A DNA stretch of 32,000 bases from Candidatus Electrothrix yaqonensis (GCA_047651235.1 CP178758.1:180001-212000), one strand, 5' to 3'. Shown: positions 17,768 to 26,402, numbered from the stretch's first letter. Numbers and translations are program-made. The notes: generated by a model from the letters alone, not told the origin.

Positions 17768-18119
17768 GTCAATATATTATATTTATTATATTCTTTATTC
17801 TTTGCAGACAAAAGCTCCTGCCCGTTCGCTTATTCAACGGAATTCAGAAAAGAGAATATAGGAAAGTTCCGGGGCAGCCTGCATGATCCTACAATATATC
17901 ATTCGGGAAAAAAAGCGAATAATAGTTACAGCATCCGCCGAAAGGAGAGGGATATGATCGGAAAAAACAGTTTGTTGGATTTCAGGAGAGTGACTTGGGC
18001 TTATTCACCAGCCCGGGATGCTGAGTACTTCCCATCAACATCCCGTCCAGCAGTACGCACGACTATGATGCAATAAAGATAAACTTCCTCTTTTGCCGGA
18101 TGAAGGGTTATTTCACCAG

Positions 18120-18488
18120 TTAGGCTGTAATTTCTTTTGGATTCTCACCGTACTGATTACTGCCCGGCCCGCTGTCCTGCAGCGTAAATATAAGGAGAAC
18201 GATAGCACCGATGAGAGGTACCAATCCAATGAGTAACCACCAGCCACTGCGACTGGTGTCATGCAATCGACGTACTGACACAGCCAAACTTGGAAGAAAG
18301 ACGGCCAGTATGTAGATGCCCCCCAATAATCCTACACTGGTCTCCATGCTCATTCCTATAAATACATCAATCACGCCAAGAGCTATACTGATTATGATGT
18401 TGAATAATGCAAAATACCAATACTCTTTCCGTCTGGCTCTTCCACTGAATACGACGTATTTTTTTAAGACTTCGACATACCAGTTCAT
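18120..18488 (-). CDS. DUF805-family inner-membrane protein
   Basis: 122 aa. It has GRARRKEYWYF, three hydrophobic segments, and VRRLHDTSRSGWWLLI, all typical of DUF805 (YhaH/YhaI-like). The gene and its flanks look more AT-rich than their neighbours by eye. Confidence 0.8.
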   Translation of the reverse strand: MNWYVEVLKKYVVFSGRARRKEYWYFALFNIIISIALGVIDVFIGMSMETSVGLLGGIYILAVFLPSLAVSVRRLHDTSRSGWWLLIGLVPLIGAIVLLIFTLQDSGPGSNQYGENPKEITA

Positions 18489-18591
18489 ACTTTTCTCCTT
18501 TTTTTGTTCTTTCCGTTAAATCTGATGGACCAATACCGGAATACTTCTCCATTCAGGCATATTATTCAAGCATAAAAAAAATTGAACCATA

Positions 18592-19020
18592 TTATTTTAT
18601 TCCTGTTTCCCTTTGAAACGTGTTTTCCACCAAAGGCTTGGCTTTCACCTGCCCGACATGGCATTGGGTGCAGAAATACCAGCGGGAGGATATCGTTTCA
18701 GCAGCCTGTCCATCCCGATCAAGATAGTGGCTTTTGAAAGGACGCGGCGCACCGGAGCCTTCCACACCATGACAGCCCAGGCAGTTGTTATTTGCCGTGG
18801 TAATGGAGAATCCCTCGATGCTGTGCGGGATGACCGGCGGCTGGTGAACAAAGGTTCTGGCAACTGCCGCATCTGCGGGTTTCCAGTCCATTTCAACCGC
18901 CGGATTGGAGTCAGCAGGAAGAGCAGTATCGCCCCGCAAAGATTTAACTTCTTCTCCAGCAGCAAGGGAAAAGGAGCAGAAAACAACTGGAAAGGAAAGG
19001 ATAAAGAAGAATTTTTTCAT
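18592..19020 (-). CDS. napB: Periplasmic nitrate reductase dihaem cytochrome c subunit
   Basis: The start is taken at the ATG at 19020 (MKKFFFILSFPVVFCSFSLA signal peptide). It has two haem motifs (CLGCH and CTQCH) with NapB-like spacing, and PPVIPHSI. Confidence 0.85.
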   Translation of the reverse strand: MKKFFFILSFPVVFCSFSLAAGEEVKSLRGDTALPADSNPAVEMDWKPADAAVARTFVHQPPVIPHSIEGFSITTANNNCLGCHGVEGSGAPRPFKSHYLDRDGQAAETISSRWYFCTQCHVGQVKAKPLVENTFQRETGIK

Positions 19021-19034
19021 GACACCTGCCTCCG

Positions 19035-19880
19035 TCAGGATCGTCCGGAAAAACAAAAAACATTGTGCGGACAGATGTCGATACATCGTCCGCAGTTCAG
19101 ACAGTTATTGGAAAGAATGACCGAAGAGCTCTGTTCATCCCCCTTGAGAGCAGGACGGATGACTTGTGGTTCCGGGCAGACCGCAAAGCAGTCCATGCAG
19201 TCGGTGCAGTGTTCCCGTTGAACTGCTTTTACCCGCAGCAGGGAAAAGAATCCCAACAGGCTGTAACCAGCACCGACTGGACAGAGATGCCCGCACCAGC
19301 CGCGCTGCTGGACAAAGGCATCAAGAGCAAAAACCGCAGCGATCAGCAGCCAACCTGCTCCCATTCCGAAGAGCAGCCCCCGCTGGAGCATGGTCACCGG
19401 GTTGACCAGCTCCCAGACTATGCTGCCAGTTGCAGCTGCTATAATAAGCAGCAGAGCCAGCAGCCAATACCGGGTGCTTCGACCCAAGTTTACGTTTCTT
19501 TTCAGGCCCAGCCGCCGGTGCAGCCAAGCTGCAGCATCAGTGAACACATTGACCGGACAGACCCAGGAGCAGAAAACCCTGCCGCCGATCACAGCATACA
19601 AGACCGCGACAAGCAGGGCACCGACGACCGCAGTAGCCGTGACAGCATGTCCAGCTGCCAAGGATTGGAGCAGAATCAGCGGGTCAGTGAGCGGGAGAAC
19701 ACCGAAGACCGTGCTGGCGGACAGCGTCCCCTGGACAATCCAGATCCCGGCCAGCGGACCGAGGAGAAACAGGCCCAGAATACCGAGCTGGGAGATGCGG
19801 CGCAGCACCAGCCATTTATTGGCCTTCAACCAGCCTTTCCTCTCAACTGCCTCGCGACCGGAAATTCTTTGTTGACTCAT
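19035..19880 (-). CDS. napH: NapH, membrane quinol-dehydrogenase iron-sulfur subunit
   Basis: The start is taken at the ATG at 19880, which overlaps the napG stop (ATGA). It has four hydrophobic helices, two CxxCP motifs (CSWVCPV, CGHLCPVG), and two C-terminal ferredoxin motifs (CTDCMDCFAVCP, CLNCGRCIDICP). Confidence 0.85.
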   Translation of the reverse strand: MSQQRISGREAVERKGWLKANKWLVLRRISQLGILGLFLLGPLAGIWIVQGTLSASTVFGVLPLTDPLILLQSLAAGHAVTATAVVGALLVAVLYAVIGGRVFCSWVCPVNVFTDAAAWLHRRLGLKRNVNLGRSTRYWLLALLLIIAAATGSIVWELVNPVTMLQRGLLFGMGAGWLLIAAVFALDAFVQQRGWCGHLCPVGAGYSLLGFFSLLRVKAVQREHCTDCMDCFAVCPEPQVIRPALKGDEQSSSVILSNNCLNCGRCIDICPHNVFCFSGRS

Positions 19881-20749
19881 GGCAGCTCCTCCGGTCGTCG
19901 GACAGGCAGCTGCAGGGCTTCCGGGATCAGTGACTTGCCTGCTTTTTCCTTTTCCTGCCACCCAAGCCGGTAATGCCTGCCCAGCTCGCCCCGCGCTTGG
20001 GCAATGGGCAGTACTTTGATTGCCGCATTTTCCAGGATACAGGAACGTTCGCATTTGCCGCACCCGGTGCAGTACTTGGAGTCCACGGTCGGGATAAAAC
20101 GCGCATGGATCCTGGTCCGCCGATTTACCTGCATATCCAGAGTCAGGGCCTTATCGATCACCGGGCAGTTCCGGTAGCAGACATCACAGCGCAGCCCTTG
20201 GAAACCGATGCAGTTTTCATGATCAACCAGCACAGCCAGTCCCATCCTGGCCTGATAGATGGAAGGCTGCTGTTCTGCATTCAGCAATTTTTTTTCGCTC
20301 AATGCACCGGAAGGGCAGGCCCGCACACAGGGCATGTCCTCGCACAACCGACACGGACTGACTCGCGGGATGAAATACGGAGTGCCCACCGGAATGTCGC
20401 TGCCGGACTCTGCCAGCCGCAGCACCGGTTCAAGCTCCACTGAAGCATTTGGATTGATCTCTGCTGGTTGGTCAGCATCGACCTCCTCTGTTCTGTTATT
20501 CAGCCGGAGATTGGCAAAACAGGCCCGCACACATTGTCCGCAGCGCAGACAGGCAGTCTGGAATTTTTTCTCCGGCAGAGCACCAGGCGGTCTCACCGCA
20601 TAGGGCGGTACAGCACGAGCCGAACGCTGATACATCCCCAGTCCTGCAGCCAATATCAAGGCTCCGGCGGCTGCAGGAAGCTCGATCAGCAACCGTCGCC
20701 GGACACCGCGATGTTCCTGTTGACTGCTATTTTTCTCTGCCGTATCCAT
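19877..20749 (-). CDS. napG: NapG, periplasmic ferredoxin-type subunit (Tat signal)
   Basis: 290 aa. It has a twin-arginine leader (RGVRRRLLIELPAAAGA) and four CxxCxxCxxxC(P)-type cluster motifs. Confidence 0.85.
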   Translation of the reverse strand: MDTAEKNSSQQEHRGVRRRLLIELPAAAGALILAAGLGMYQRSARAVPPYAVRPPGALPEKKFQTACLRCGQCVRACFANLRLNNRTEEVDADQPAEINPNASVELEPVLRLAESGSDIPVGTPYFIPRVSPCRLCEDMPCVRACPSGALSEKKLLNAEQQPSIYQARMGLAVLVDHENCIGFQGLRCDVCYRNCPVIDKALTLDMQVNRRTRIHARFIPTVDSKYCTGCGKCERSCILENAAIKVLPIAQARGELGRHYRLGWQEKEKAGKSLIPEALQLPVRRPEELP

Positions 20750-20774
20750 ATGCTGCTCCTGTTCAATGCGCCGA

Positions 20775-23276
20775 TCAGGCCTTCATCACCTTAACCGCGC
20801 ATTTCTTGAAATCCGTCTCCTTGGAAATCGGACAGGTGGCATCCAGGGTCAGCTTATTCACCAAGCGGCCTGCATCAAACCAAGGGATGAACACCAATCC
20901 TTCGGGCATCTTGTTGCGGCCTCTGGTCTCCACCGGGCAGGTGATTTCTCCCCGGCGGGAAATGATTTTAGCTGGCTGCCCACGCTTCAGGCCCCGTTTT
21001 TCCGCATCCCTGGGATGCATAAAGACCACGGCATCCGGCACGGCCCGGTACAGCTCCGGTACCCTTCTGGTCATGGAACCGGAATGCCAGTGCTCCAGCA
21101 CTCGGCCGGTGCAGAGCCAGAGATCGTAGTCCTTATCCGGCACTTCAGGAGGAGGCTCATAGGGAAGGGCGAAGATAATCGCTTTGCCATCCTTATGTCC
21201 ATAAAACCGGATGCCTTCCCCTTTCTTGACATACGGATCGTATCCTTCCCGGAAACGCCAGAGGGTTTCTTTGTTGTCCACCACCGGCCAGCGCAAACCG
21301 CGCGCCTGATGGTACATCTCAAACGGAGCCAGATCATGGCCGTGCCCCCGGCCGAAGCTGGCGTATTCCTCGAACAGTCCTTTCTGCAGATAAAAACCGA
21401 AATGGTGCGATTCGTCGTTGTCAAAGCCCTTCTGCAGCTCGCTCAACGGGAATTTATCCACTTGGCCGTTGGTAAAAAGCACCTCATACAGCGTCTTGCC
21501 TTTATATTTCGGATTATCGGCGAGCAGCTCCTTGGGCCAGACCTCGTCTGTCTTAAAATGTTTGGACAACTCCACTAACTGCCAAAGATCGCTTTTTGCC
21601 TCGCCCGGCGCCTTGACCTGCTGGCGGAAAAACTGGGTCCGTCGCTCCGCATTGCCGTAGGCCCCTTCTTTTTCTACCCACATGGCGGTCGGCAGGATCA
21701 GATCGGCAGCCATCGCGCTGACCGTGGGATAAGGGTCAGAGACAATGATGAAATTTTTTGGATCACGGTAGCCGGGATAGCCTTCTTCGTTCATATTCGC
21801 AGCAGCCTGCATATTGTTGTTGCACATCACCCAGTAGACATTGAGCTTGCCGTCCTTGAGCATCCGATTCTGGAGCACGGCATGATAGCCTGGTTTATCC
21901 GGAATCGTGCCTTCAGGCAGTTTCCAGATCTTTTCTGCTATGTCCCGATGCTCTTTCTTCATTACCACCATATCGGCTGGCAGGCGGTGGGAAAAAGTAC
22001 CTACTTCGCGGGCGGTGCCGCAGGCCGAGGGCTGGCCGGTGAGGGAGAACGGACCGTTGCCCGGCTCGGAGATCTTGCCGGTGAGCAGGTGAATATTATA
22101 GCAGAGCTGATTGACCCAGGTGCCGCGCGTATGCTGGTTAAAGCCCATAGTCCAGTAGGAAACTACCTTACGTTTCGGATCAGCGTACAGTTCGGCCAAA
22201 GCCTCCAGATCCTTTTTCGGTACACCAGACATCTCGTGCGCCTTGTCCAGGGTATACTCGGAGACGAACTTGGCGTATTCTTCAAAGGTGTATTCCTTGG
22301 AACCGATCTGCCTGGCGCGCTCTTTGGCATTGACTGCCTTTTTTTCCAGCGGATGATCCGACCGCAGGCCGTAACCGATATCTGTATTGCCGATACGGAA
22401 GTTGATATGCTTTTTGACAAACTCCTCGTTTACCTTATTATTCTGAATGATATAGTTGGCAATATAATTCAGAATGACCATATCAGTCTGCGGCTTGAAC
22501 ACCATAGGCAAATCGGCCAGATCAAAACAGCGGTTTTCATAGGTGGAGAGGACGGCCACCTTGACGTGATTGGCCGTCAGACGGCGGTTGGTGAGCCGCG
22601 ACCAGAGGATGGGATGCATCTCAGCCATGTTCGATCCCCAGAGGACAAAGGCGTCTGCCTGTTCCAGGTCATCATAGCAGCCCATGGGCTCGTCAATGCC
22701 GAAGGTGCGCATAAATCCCGCAACCGCCGAGGCCATGCAGTGCCGGGCATTGGGATCGATATTATTAGATAACAGACCGGCTTTGAACAATTTTGCTGCG
22801 GCATAGCCCTCCCAGACCTGCCATTGGCCGGATCCGAACATGCCCACCGTGGTCGGCCCGTTTTTCCGGATTGCCTCCTTGAATTTTTCCGCCATAATTG
22901 CAAAGGCTTCATCCCAGGAAATCGGAGTGAAATCGCCGTTTTTATCGTACTCGCCGTTTTTCTTGCGCAGCAGCGGCTTGGTCAACCGATCCTTGCCGTA
23001 CATGACTTTGGAGAGAAAATAGCCCTTGATGCAGTTCAGGCCCCTGTTGACCGGAGCATCCGGATCACCCTGGGTGGCTACTACCCTGCCGTCTTTTGTG
23101 CCCACCAGGACGCTGCAGCCTGTACCGCAGAACCGGCACGGTGCCTTGTCCCACCTGATTCCGGCATCGCCTTCAGCAGCCAGCACCTTTTCGGCTGCCG
23201 GAAGACGGGCACCGATTGCCGCAGCTGCGGCCACCGCTGCATTGGCCTTGATAAACTCCCGTCTGCTCAACTTCAT
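20775..23276 (-). CDS. napA: Periplasmic nitrate reductase catalytic subunit (Mo-bisMGD)
   Basis: 833 aa. It has the Tat leader [20 protein letters not shown], the N-terminal FeS motif [10 protein letters not shown], and [11 protein letters not shown]. The length and overall pattern are NapA-like. A strong SD (GAGGAGGAAA) precedes the start. Confidence 0.95.
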   Translation of the reverse strand: MKLSRREFIKANAAVAAAAAIGARLPAAEKVLAAEGDAGIRWDKAPCRFCGTGCSVLVGTKDGRVVATQGDPDAPVNRGLNCIKGYFLSKVMYGKDRLTKPLLRKKNGEYDKNGDFTPISWDEAFAIMAEKFKEAIRKNGPTTVGMFGSGQWQVWEGYAAAKLFKAGLLSNNIDPNARHCMASAVAGFMRTFGIDEPMGCYDDLEQADAFVLWGSNMAEMHPILWSRLTNRRLTANHVKVAVLSTYENRCFDLADLPMVFKPQTDMVILNYIANYIIQNNKVNEEFVKKHINFRIGNTDIGYGLRSDHPLEKKAVNAKERARQIGSKEYTFEEYAKFVSEYTLDKAHEMSGVPKKDLEALAELYADPKRKVVSYWTMGFNQHTRGTWVNQLCYNIHLLTGKISEPGNGPFSLTGQPSACGTAREVGTFSHRLPADMVVMKKEHRDIAEKIWKLPEGTIPDKPGYHAVLQNRMLKDGKLNVYWVMCNNNMQAAANMNEEGYPGYRDPKNFIIVSDPYPTVSAMAADLILPTAMWVEKEGAYGNAERRTQFFRQQVKAPGEAKSDLWQLVELSKHFKTDEVWPKELLADNPKYKGKTLYEVLFTNGQVDKFPLSELQKGFDNDESHHFGFYLQKGLFEEYASFGRGHGHDLAPFEMYHQARGLRWPVVDNKETLWRFREGYDPYVKKGEGIRFYGHKDGKAIIFALPYEPPPEVPDKDYDLWLCTGRVLEHWHSGSMTRRVPELYRAVPDAVVFMHPRDAEKRGLKRGQPAKIISRRGEITCPVETRGRNKMPEGLVFIPWFDAGRLVNKLTLDATCPISKETDFKKCAVKVMKA

Positions 23277-23317
23277 ACCTTTTCCTCCTCTGAATTTAAC
23301 GGCCTGTTCATCACTCG

Positions 23318-23557
23318 CTATCGCAATAATTCATCGCAGTAGTTATAAATAAGAGACGCCGCCAGAACGCCGTCCACCGTCTGCACCTGCATCAGGGTAT
23401 CCGCAGGAACTGTATCCGGTGTGTCTTCTATAGTGATGACAATGCTGCCGTCTTCTTTGGCTGCATGGACTTCCACTCCGGAAATTTCAGCAAGCTGCTG
23501 CTGCACTGCCGCAGAATTATCAGGATTCGACTGCACAAGTACACCGGAAATATTCAT
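23318..23557 (-). CDS. napD: NapD chaperone
   Basis: 79 aa. MNISGVLVQ...VEVH...GSIVITIE...ASLIYNY is the typical NapD pattern. It lies directly upstream of napA. Confidence 0.8.
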   Translation of the reverse strand: MNISGVLVQSNPDNSAAVQQQLAEISGVEVHAAKEDGSIVITIEDTPDTVPADTLMQVQTVDGVLAASLIYNYCDELLR

Positions 23558-23714
23558 CAGTCACCTCAGAGCAATTCCAGGCTGCCGGTCAGCGAGACGC
23601 ACGTTTTTAAGTTTACAATTTTGTCGATACAGCATATAAAAATACTCTATGCTGTTTTTCTTACTGTTTCCGGATGATATACAATCACCCTACAAAAAAC
23701 AATGCTGTCGTTCC

Positions 23715-23728
23715 TTGATGTAGATCAA
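23715..23728. promoter_or_regulatory. Perfect FNR-type palindrome TTGAT-N4-ATCAA in the napD / crp-fnr divergent intergenic region
   Basis: TTGATgtagATCAA is centred at 23721.5. On the minus strand a TAnnnT hexamer (TAGGGT, 23692-23687) places an inferred start near 23680. That puts the palindrome centre at -41.5, which is class II FNR/CRP geometry. Confidence 0.55.
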
Positions 23729-23754
23729 GCGGCGGTAAAAAACTATTTTTTAAC

Positions 23755-23808
23755 TGACAGGTGACAGGTGACAGGTGACAGGTGACAGGTGACAGGTGAC
23801 AAAAAAAA
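23755..23808 (+). repeat. Heptanucleotide tandem array (GTGACAG, about 6.9 copies) followed by A8
   Basis: Five perfect copies span 23761-23795, with partial copies at 23755-23760 and 23796-23801. The array then runs into eight A residues at 23801-23808. Confidence 0.95.
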
Positions 23809-24460
23809 GGTGCTGGCTGGCTCTCTGCTGTTCAAGGGAATTTCCGATGAACTGATCACCATGCTTGCGGCCATTGCCCGGGAAAAATACTTTTTAAAGA
23901 GACAGACGATTTTTCTGGAAGGCAGTCCGAGCTGCGGCTTTTATATTCTTGCAGAGGGGCAGATAAAAATCTTCAAGACCTCGCCGGATGGAAAGGAACA
24001 GATGATTTATGCCCTCGGCCCCGGAGAACCCTTCGGACTGTCGCCGGTTTTTCACGGTCTGAATTTTCCTGCCACTGCTGCAAGCATGGTGCCGTCCACT
24101 GTCCTGTACTTCCCCAAACAGGAGTTTATCGCACTCGCCACTGCCCATCCTCCCCTGGCGCTCTCCATGCTGGCCGGACTGTCGCAGCGGCTGTGCCGGT
24201 TTGCGGAAAAAATAGGTAGTCTTTCCCTGAAAGATGTACCTGCCCGCCTCATCGACCATCTTATTTACCTTGCTGAACAACAGAAGAGAACTGATCTGGT
24301 GATACTTGATATGCCCAAGAAGCAGCTGGCCTGTCTGCTCGGTACTACCCCGGAAACTCTGTCCCGAATTTTCGCCGACATGAGCAGAACCGGCCTGATC
24401 CGGGTGAACGGCAGTACTGTTGAATTGCTCCGCTATGAAGCGCTGCTGCAACGGCAGTAA
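23789..24460 (+). CDS. CRP/FNR-family transcriptional regulator (cNMP-binding-fold sensor plus HTH), no FNR-type Cys cluster
   Basis: 223 aa from the GTG at 23789, which lies inside the repeat; an alternative in-frame GTG lies at 23810. It has a beta-roll effector domain (FLEGSPSCGFYILAEGQIKIF) and a C-terminal HTH with recognition helix TPETLSRIF (the E--SR pattern of FNR-type TTGAT readers). Confidence 0.85.
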   Translation: MTGDKKKVLAGSLLFKGISDELITMLAAIAREKYFLKRQTIFLEGSPSCGFYILAEGQIKIFKTSPDGKEQMIYALGPGEPFGLSPVFHGLNFPATAASMVPSTVLYFPKQEFIALATAHPPLALSMLAGLSQRLCRFAEKIGSLSLKDVPARLIDHLIYLAEQQKRTDLVILDMPKKQLACLLGTTPETLSRIFADMSRTGLIRVNGSTVELLRYEALLQRQ

Positions 24461-24533
24461 CCTTTTCTCCGGAAAAGAATCGAAACGGCTGGAACCATCC
24501 TTCTGCTCTTCGTCAAGAAAATTTTTTCATTTT

Positions 24534-24549
24534 CTTGACATAAGTCAAG
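24534..24549. promoter_or_regulatory. Perfect palindrome CTTGAC-N4-GTCAAG (FNR/Dnr-type box) upstream of the octahaem cytochrome gene
   Basis: CTTGACataaGTCAAG is centred at 24541.5. A TAGAGT hexamer at 24571-24576 implies a start near 24583, so the centre is again at -41.5. Confidence 0.55.
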
Positions 24550-24732
24550 GAAGCAGATTTTTTTTCCAGATAGAGTACTGTACAGTAGTCGCTATCTTTC
24601 ATAGACAGCAACGTTAATTCTGCCGAGCATGGTAACGCACTGCCATTCTTTATACAATTATCCTGCGGTTATTACGACCGGACTGCCCGGTGCCCGGTCG
24701 CCCTTGTTCATCCCTTTTTAAAGGAGGAAGTT

Positions 24733-26199
24733 ATGAGAGCGGTATTATGGTCGGCTGTCCTGATGTTGGCGGTCGGAATACAGGGTGGAAATGCCCAAGC
24801 CGAACAGGAAAGTCTGCCTGCAAAGCTGTCGGATGAAACAAAAACATGCCTGCAATGTCATAAAGAGATTAATCAGGGTATGTACCAACAATGGGGCGGC
24901 AGCAAGCATTTCGGTGCCAATGTGGGCTGCTATGAATGTCATAAGGCAGAAAAAGGGGATGCGGACGCGATGGAGCATAACGGCTTCTCTGTTTCCGTTA
25001 TCGTTTCGCCCAAGGACTGTTCCAGATGTCATGAAAAAGAAGTAAAAGAGTTTGAAGGCTCTCATCATTCCAAGGCCGGACAAATCATGGGATCCCTGGA
25101 CAACCTGCTTGCCGAGGTTGTTGAAGGCAACCGGGGGATGAAGACCGAAAGTTTCCCAGACGGCATCTCAGCGGCAGCGGTCAACGGTTGCTGGCAATGT
25201 CACGGATCCAAGATTAAGGTGACAGGGAACGGCAAGCTGGATCCGGCCACTTGGCCGAACAGCGGTATCGGACGCATCAACCCGGACGGCAGCACAGGAT
25301 CTTGTGCTGCCTGTCACTCCCGCCATGATTTTTCCGCCGGTCAGGCCAGAAATCCTGAGAACTGCGGTAAATGTCATATGGGACCGGATCATCCGCAGAT
25401 TGAGGTCTATAATGAGTCCAAGCACGGTATCGCGTTCCGGGCCAATAGGGACAAGATGAATATAGATTCTCCGAAATGGATAGCAGGTGAGGATTATTCT
25501 GCTGCCCCGACCTGCGCCACCTGCCATATGTCCGCGACCAAAGATATGGATATCACCCATAACGTCGGCCTCCGCATCAAGTGGAACAACCGACCGCCGA
25601 TCTCCAAGCTGTCGCATACCACAGACAAACGCTGGAAGCTGGAATCTGCCAACTTCACAGGTGATCAACGCCGAAAGAACATGGAAAAAGTCTGTATCTC
25701 ATGTCATAACAAGAATTTTACAGATAACTTCTTTGTCCAGTATGAATCTCTGCTGGATCTCTATCACGACAAGTTCGCTAAACCTGGCATAGAACTGTAC
25801 AAGGCCGCAACCGCAGTACTGAAAGCGGTTAAGGGCAAAGAGTATGCCAAGTTCTCCCAGATGATTGATTTCACTTGGTTTGAAATCTGGCATCATGAAG
25901 GTCGTCGGGCACGTCATGCGGCATCCATGATGGCACCTGATTACACCCATTGGCACGGCACCTATGAAGTTGCCAAGCACTGGTACGGCAAGTACATTCC
26001 TGAGTTAGAGGAAGTTGTTGAAATGGGCAAGCATAGCGAGAACAAAGATGCCCAGAAGCTTGCTGAAGAGCTTGAAAAGATGATCGAAGATGTTAAGAAG
26101 GGCGAGAACCATAAATGGTCCATTGGTCAGGAAAGCGAAGCTGACAAGAAAGTACGGCTTGAGCGTCAAAAAGAATACGACGCTGGCTACGGCAACTGA
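24733..26199 (+). CDS. Octahaem cytochrome c of the hydroxylamine-oxidoreductase (HAO) family, periplasmic
   Basis: 488 aa with a Sec signal peptide and eight CxxCH motifs (CLQCH, CYECH, CSRCH, CWQCH, CAACH, CGKCH, CATCH, CISCH). The block CAACHSRHDFSAGQARNPENCGKCHMGPDHPQIEVYNESKHG...APTCATCHM aligns closely, from my memory of the sequence, with Nitrosomonas HAO [42 protein letters not shown]...APTCAACHM. Confidence 0.85.
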   Translation: MRAVLWSAVLMLAVGIQGGNAQAEQESLPAKLSDETKTCLQCHKEINQGMYQQWGGSKHFGANVGCYECHKAEKGDADAMEHNGFSVSVIVSPKDCSRCHEKEVKEFEGSHHSKAGQIMGSLDNLLAEVVEGNRGMKTESFPDGISAAAVNGCWQCHGSKIKVTGNGKLDPATWPNSGIGRINPDGSTGSCAACHSRHDFSAGQARNPENCGKCHMGPDHPQIEVYNESKHGIAFRANRDKMNIDSPKWIAGEDYSAAPTCATCHMSATKDMDITHNVGLRIKWNNRPPISKLSHTTDKRWKLESANFTGDQRRKNMEKVCISCHNKNFTDNFFVQYESLLDLYHDKFAKPGIELYKAATAVLKAVKGKEYAKFSQMIDFTWFEIWHHEGRRARHAASMMAPDYTHWHGTYEVAKHWYGKYIPELEEVVEMGKHSENKDAQKLAEELEKMIEDVKKGENHKWSIGQESEADKKVRLERQKEYDAGYGN

Positions 26200-26258
26200 G
26201 CACTGGTGAACTATGTAGCATAACAGCCACAATAAACCGGACAGTTGATTGTCCACCA

Positions 26259-26291
26259 GGCCGTACAGAGTCATCTGTACGGCCTTTTTTT
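26259..26291 (+). terminator. Rho-independent terminator after the octahaem cytochrome gene
   Basis: A perfect 11-bp stem, GGCCGTACAGA-gtca-TCTGTACGGCC, followed by T7 (26285-26291). Confidence 0.85.
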
Positions 26292-26321
26292 GTTTGCCCG
26301 GCCCGCGGCATGGAGGGCAAA

Positions 26322-26358
26322 CAAAAACGGGAATAACGAATCAATTCGCTATTCCCGT
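26322..26358 (-). terminator. Rho-independent terminator after rpsI
   Basis: On the minus strand, ACGGGAATAgCGAATtgATTCGtTATTCCCGT (26358-27) forms a long hairpin with one internal mismatch. It is followed by TTTTTGTTTG. Confidence 0.6.
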
Positions 26359-26402
26359 AAACTGCAGAGGAGAGGAAGGAGAGAAGGTACAGCGCCGACC
26401 GA

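Noticed and set aside
23755-23808. The heptamer array considered as a CRISPR array or minisatellite of a mobile element.
   Set aside because: The units are 7 nt with no spacers, and no cas genes or flanking element genes are present. It is a simple-sequence repeat and is reported as such in the findings.
24630-24644. A sigma-54 promoter-like sequence, TGGTAACGCACTGCC, about 90 nt upstream of the octahaem cytochrome gene. It is tempting given the sigma-54 activator at 5459-7099.
   Set aside because: The GG-to-GC spacing is one nt shorter than the strictly conserved TGGCAC-N5-TTGC geometry, and the -12 element lacks TTGC. I found no convincing -24/-12 promoter anywhere in the window, so the activator's target is probably outside it.
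26292-26326. A second hairpin GTTTGCCC...GGGCAAAC between the two convergent terminators.
   Set aside because: On both strands it is followed by A-runs rather than T-runs. The flanking hairpins (26259-26291 on the + strand, 26322-26358 on the - strand) already account for termination of both convergent units.
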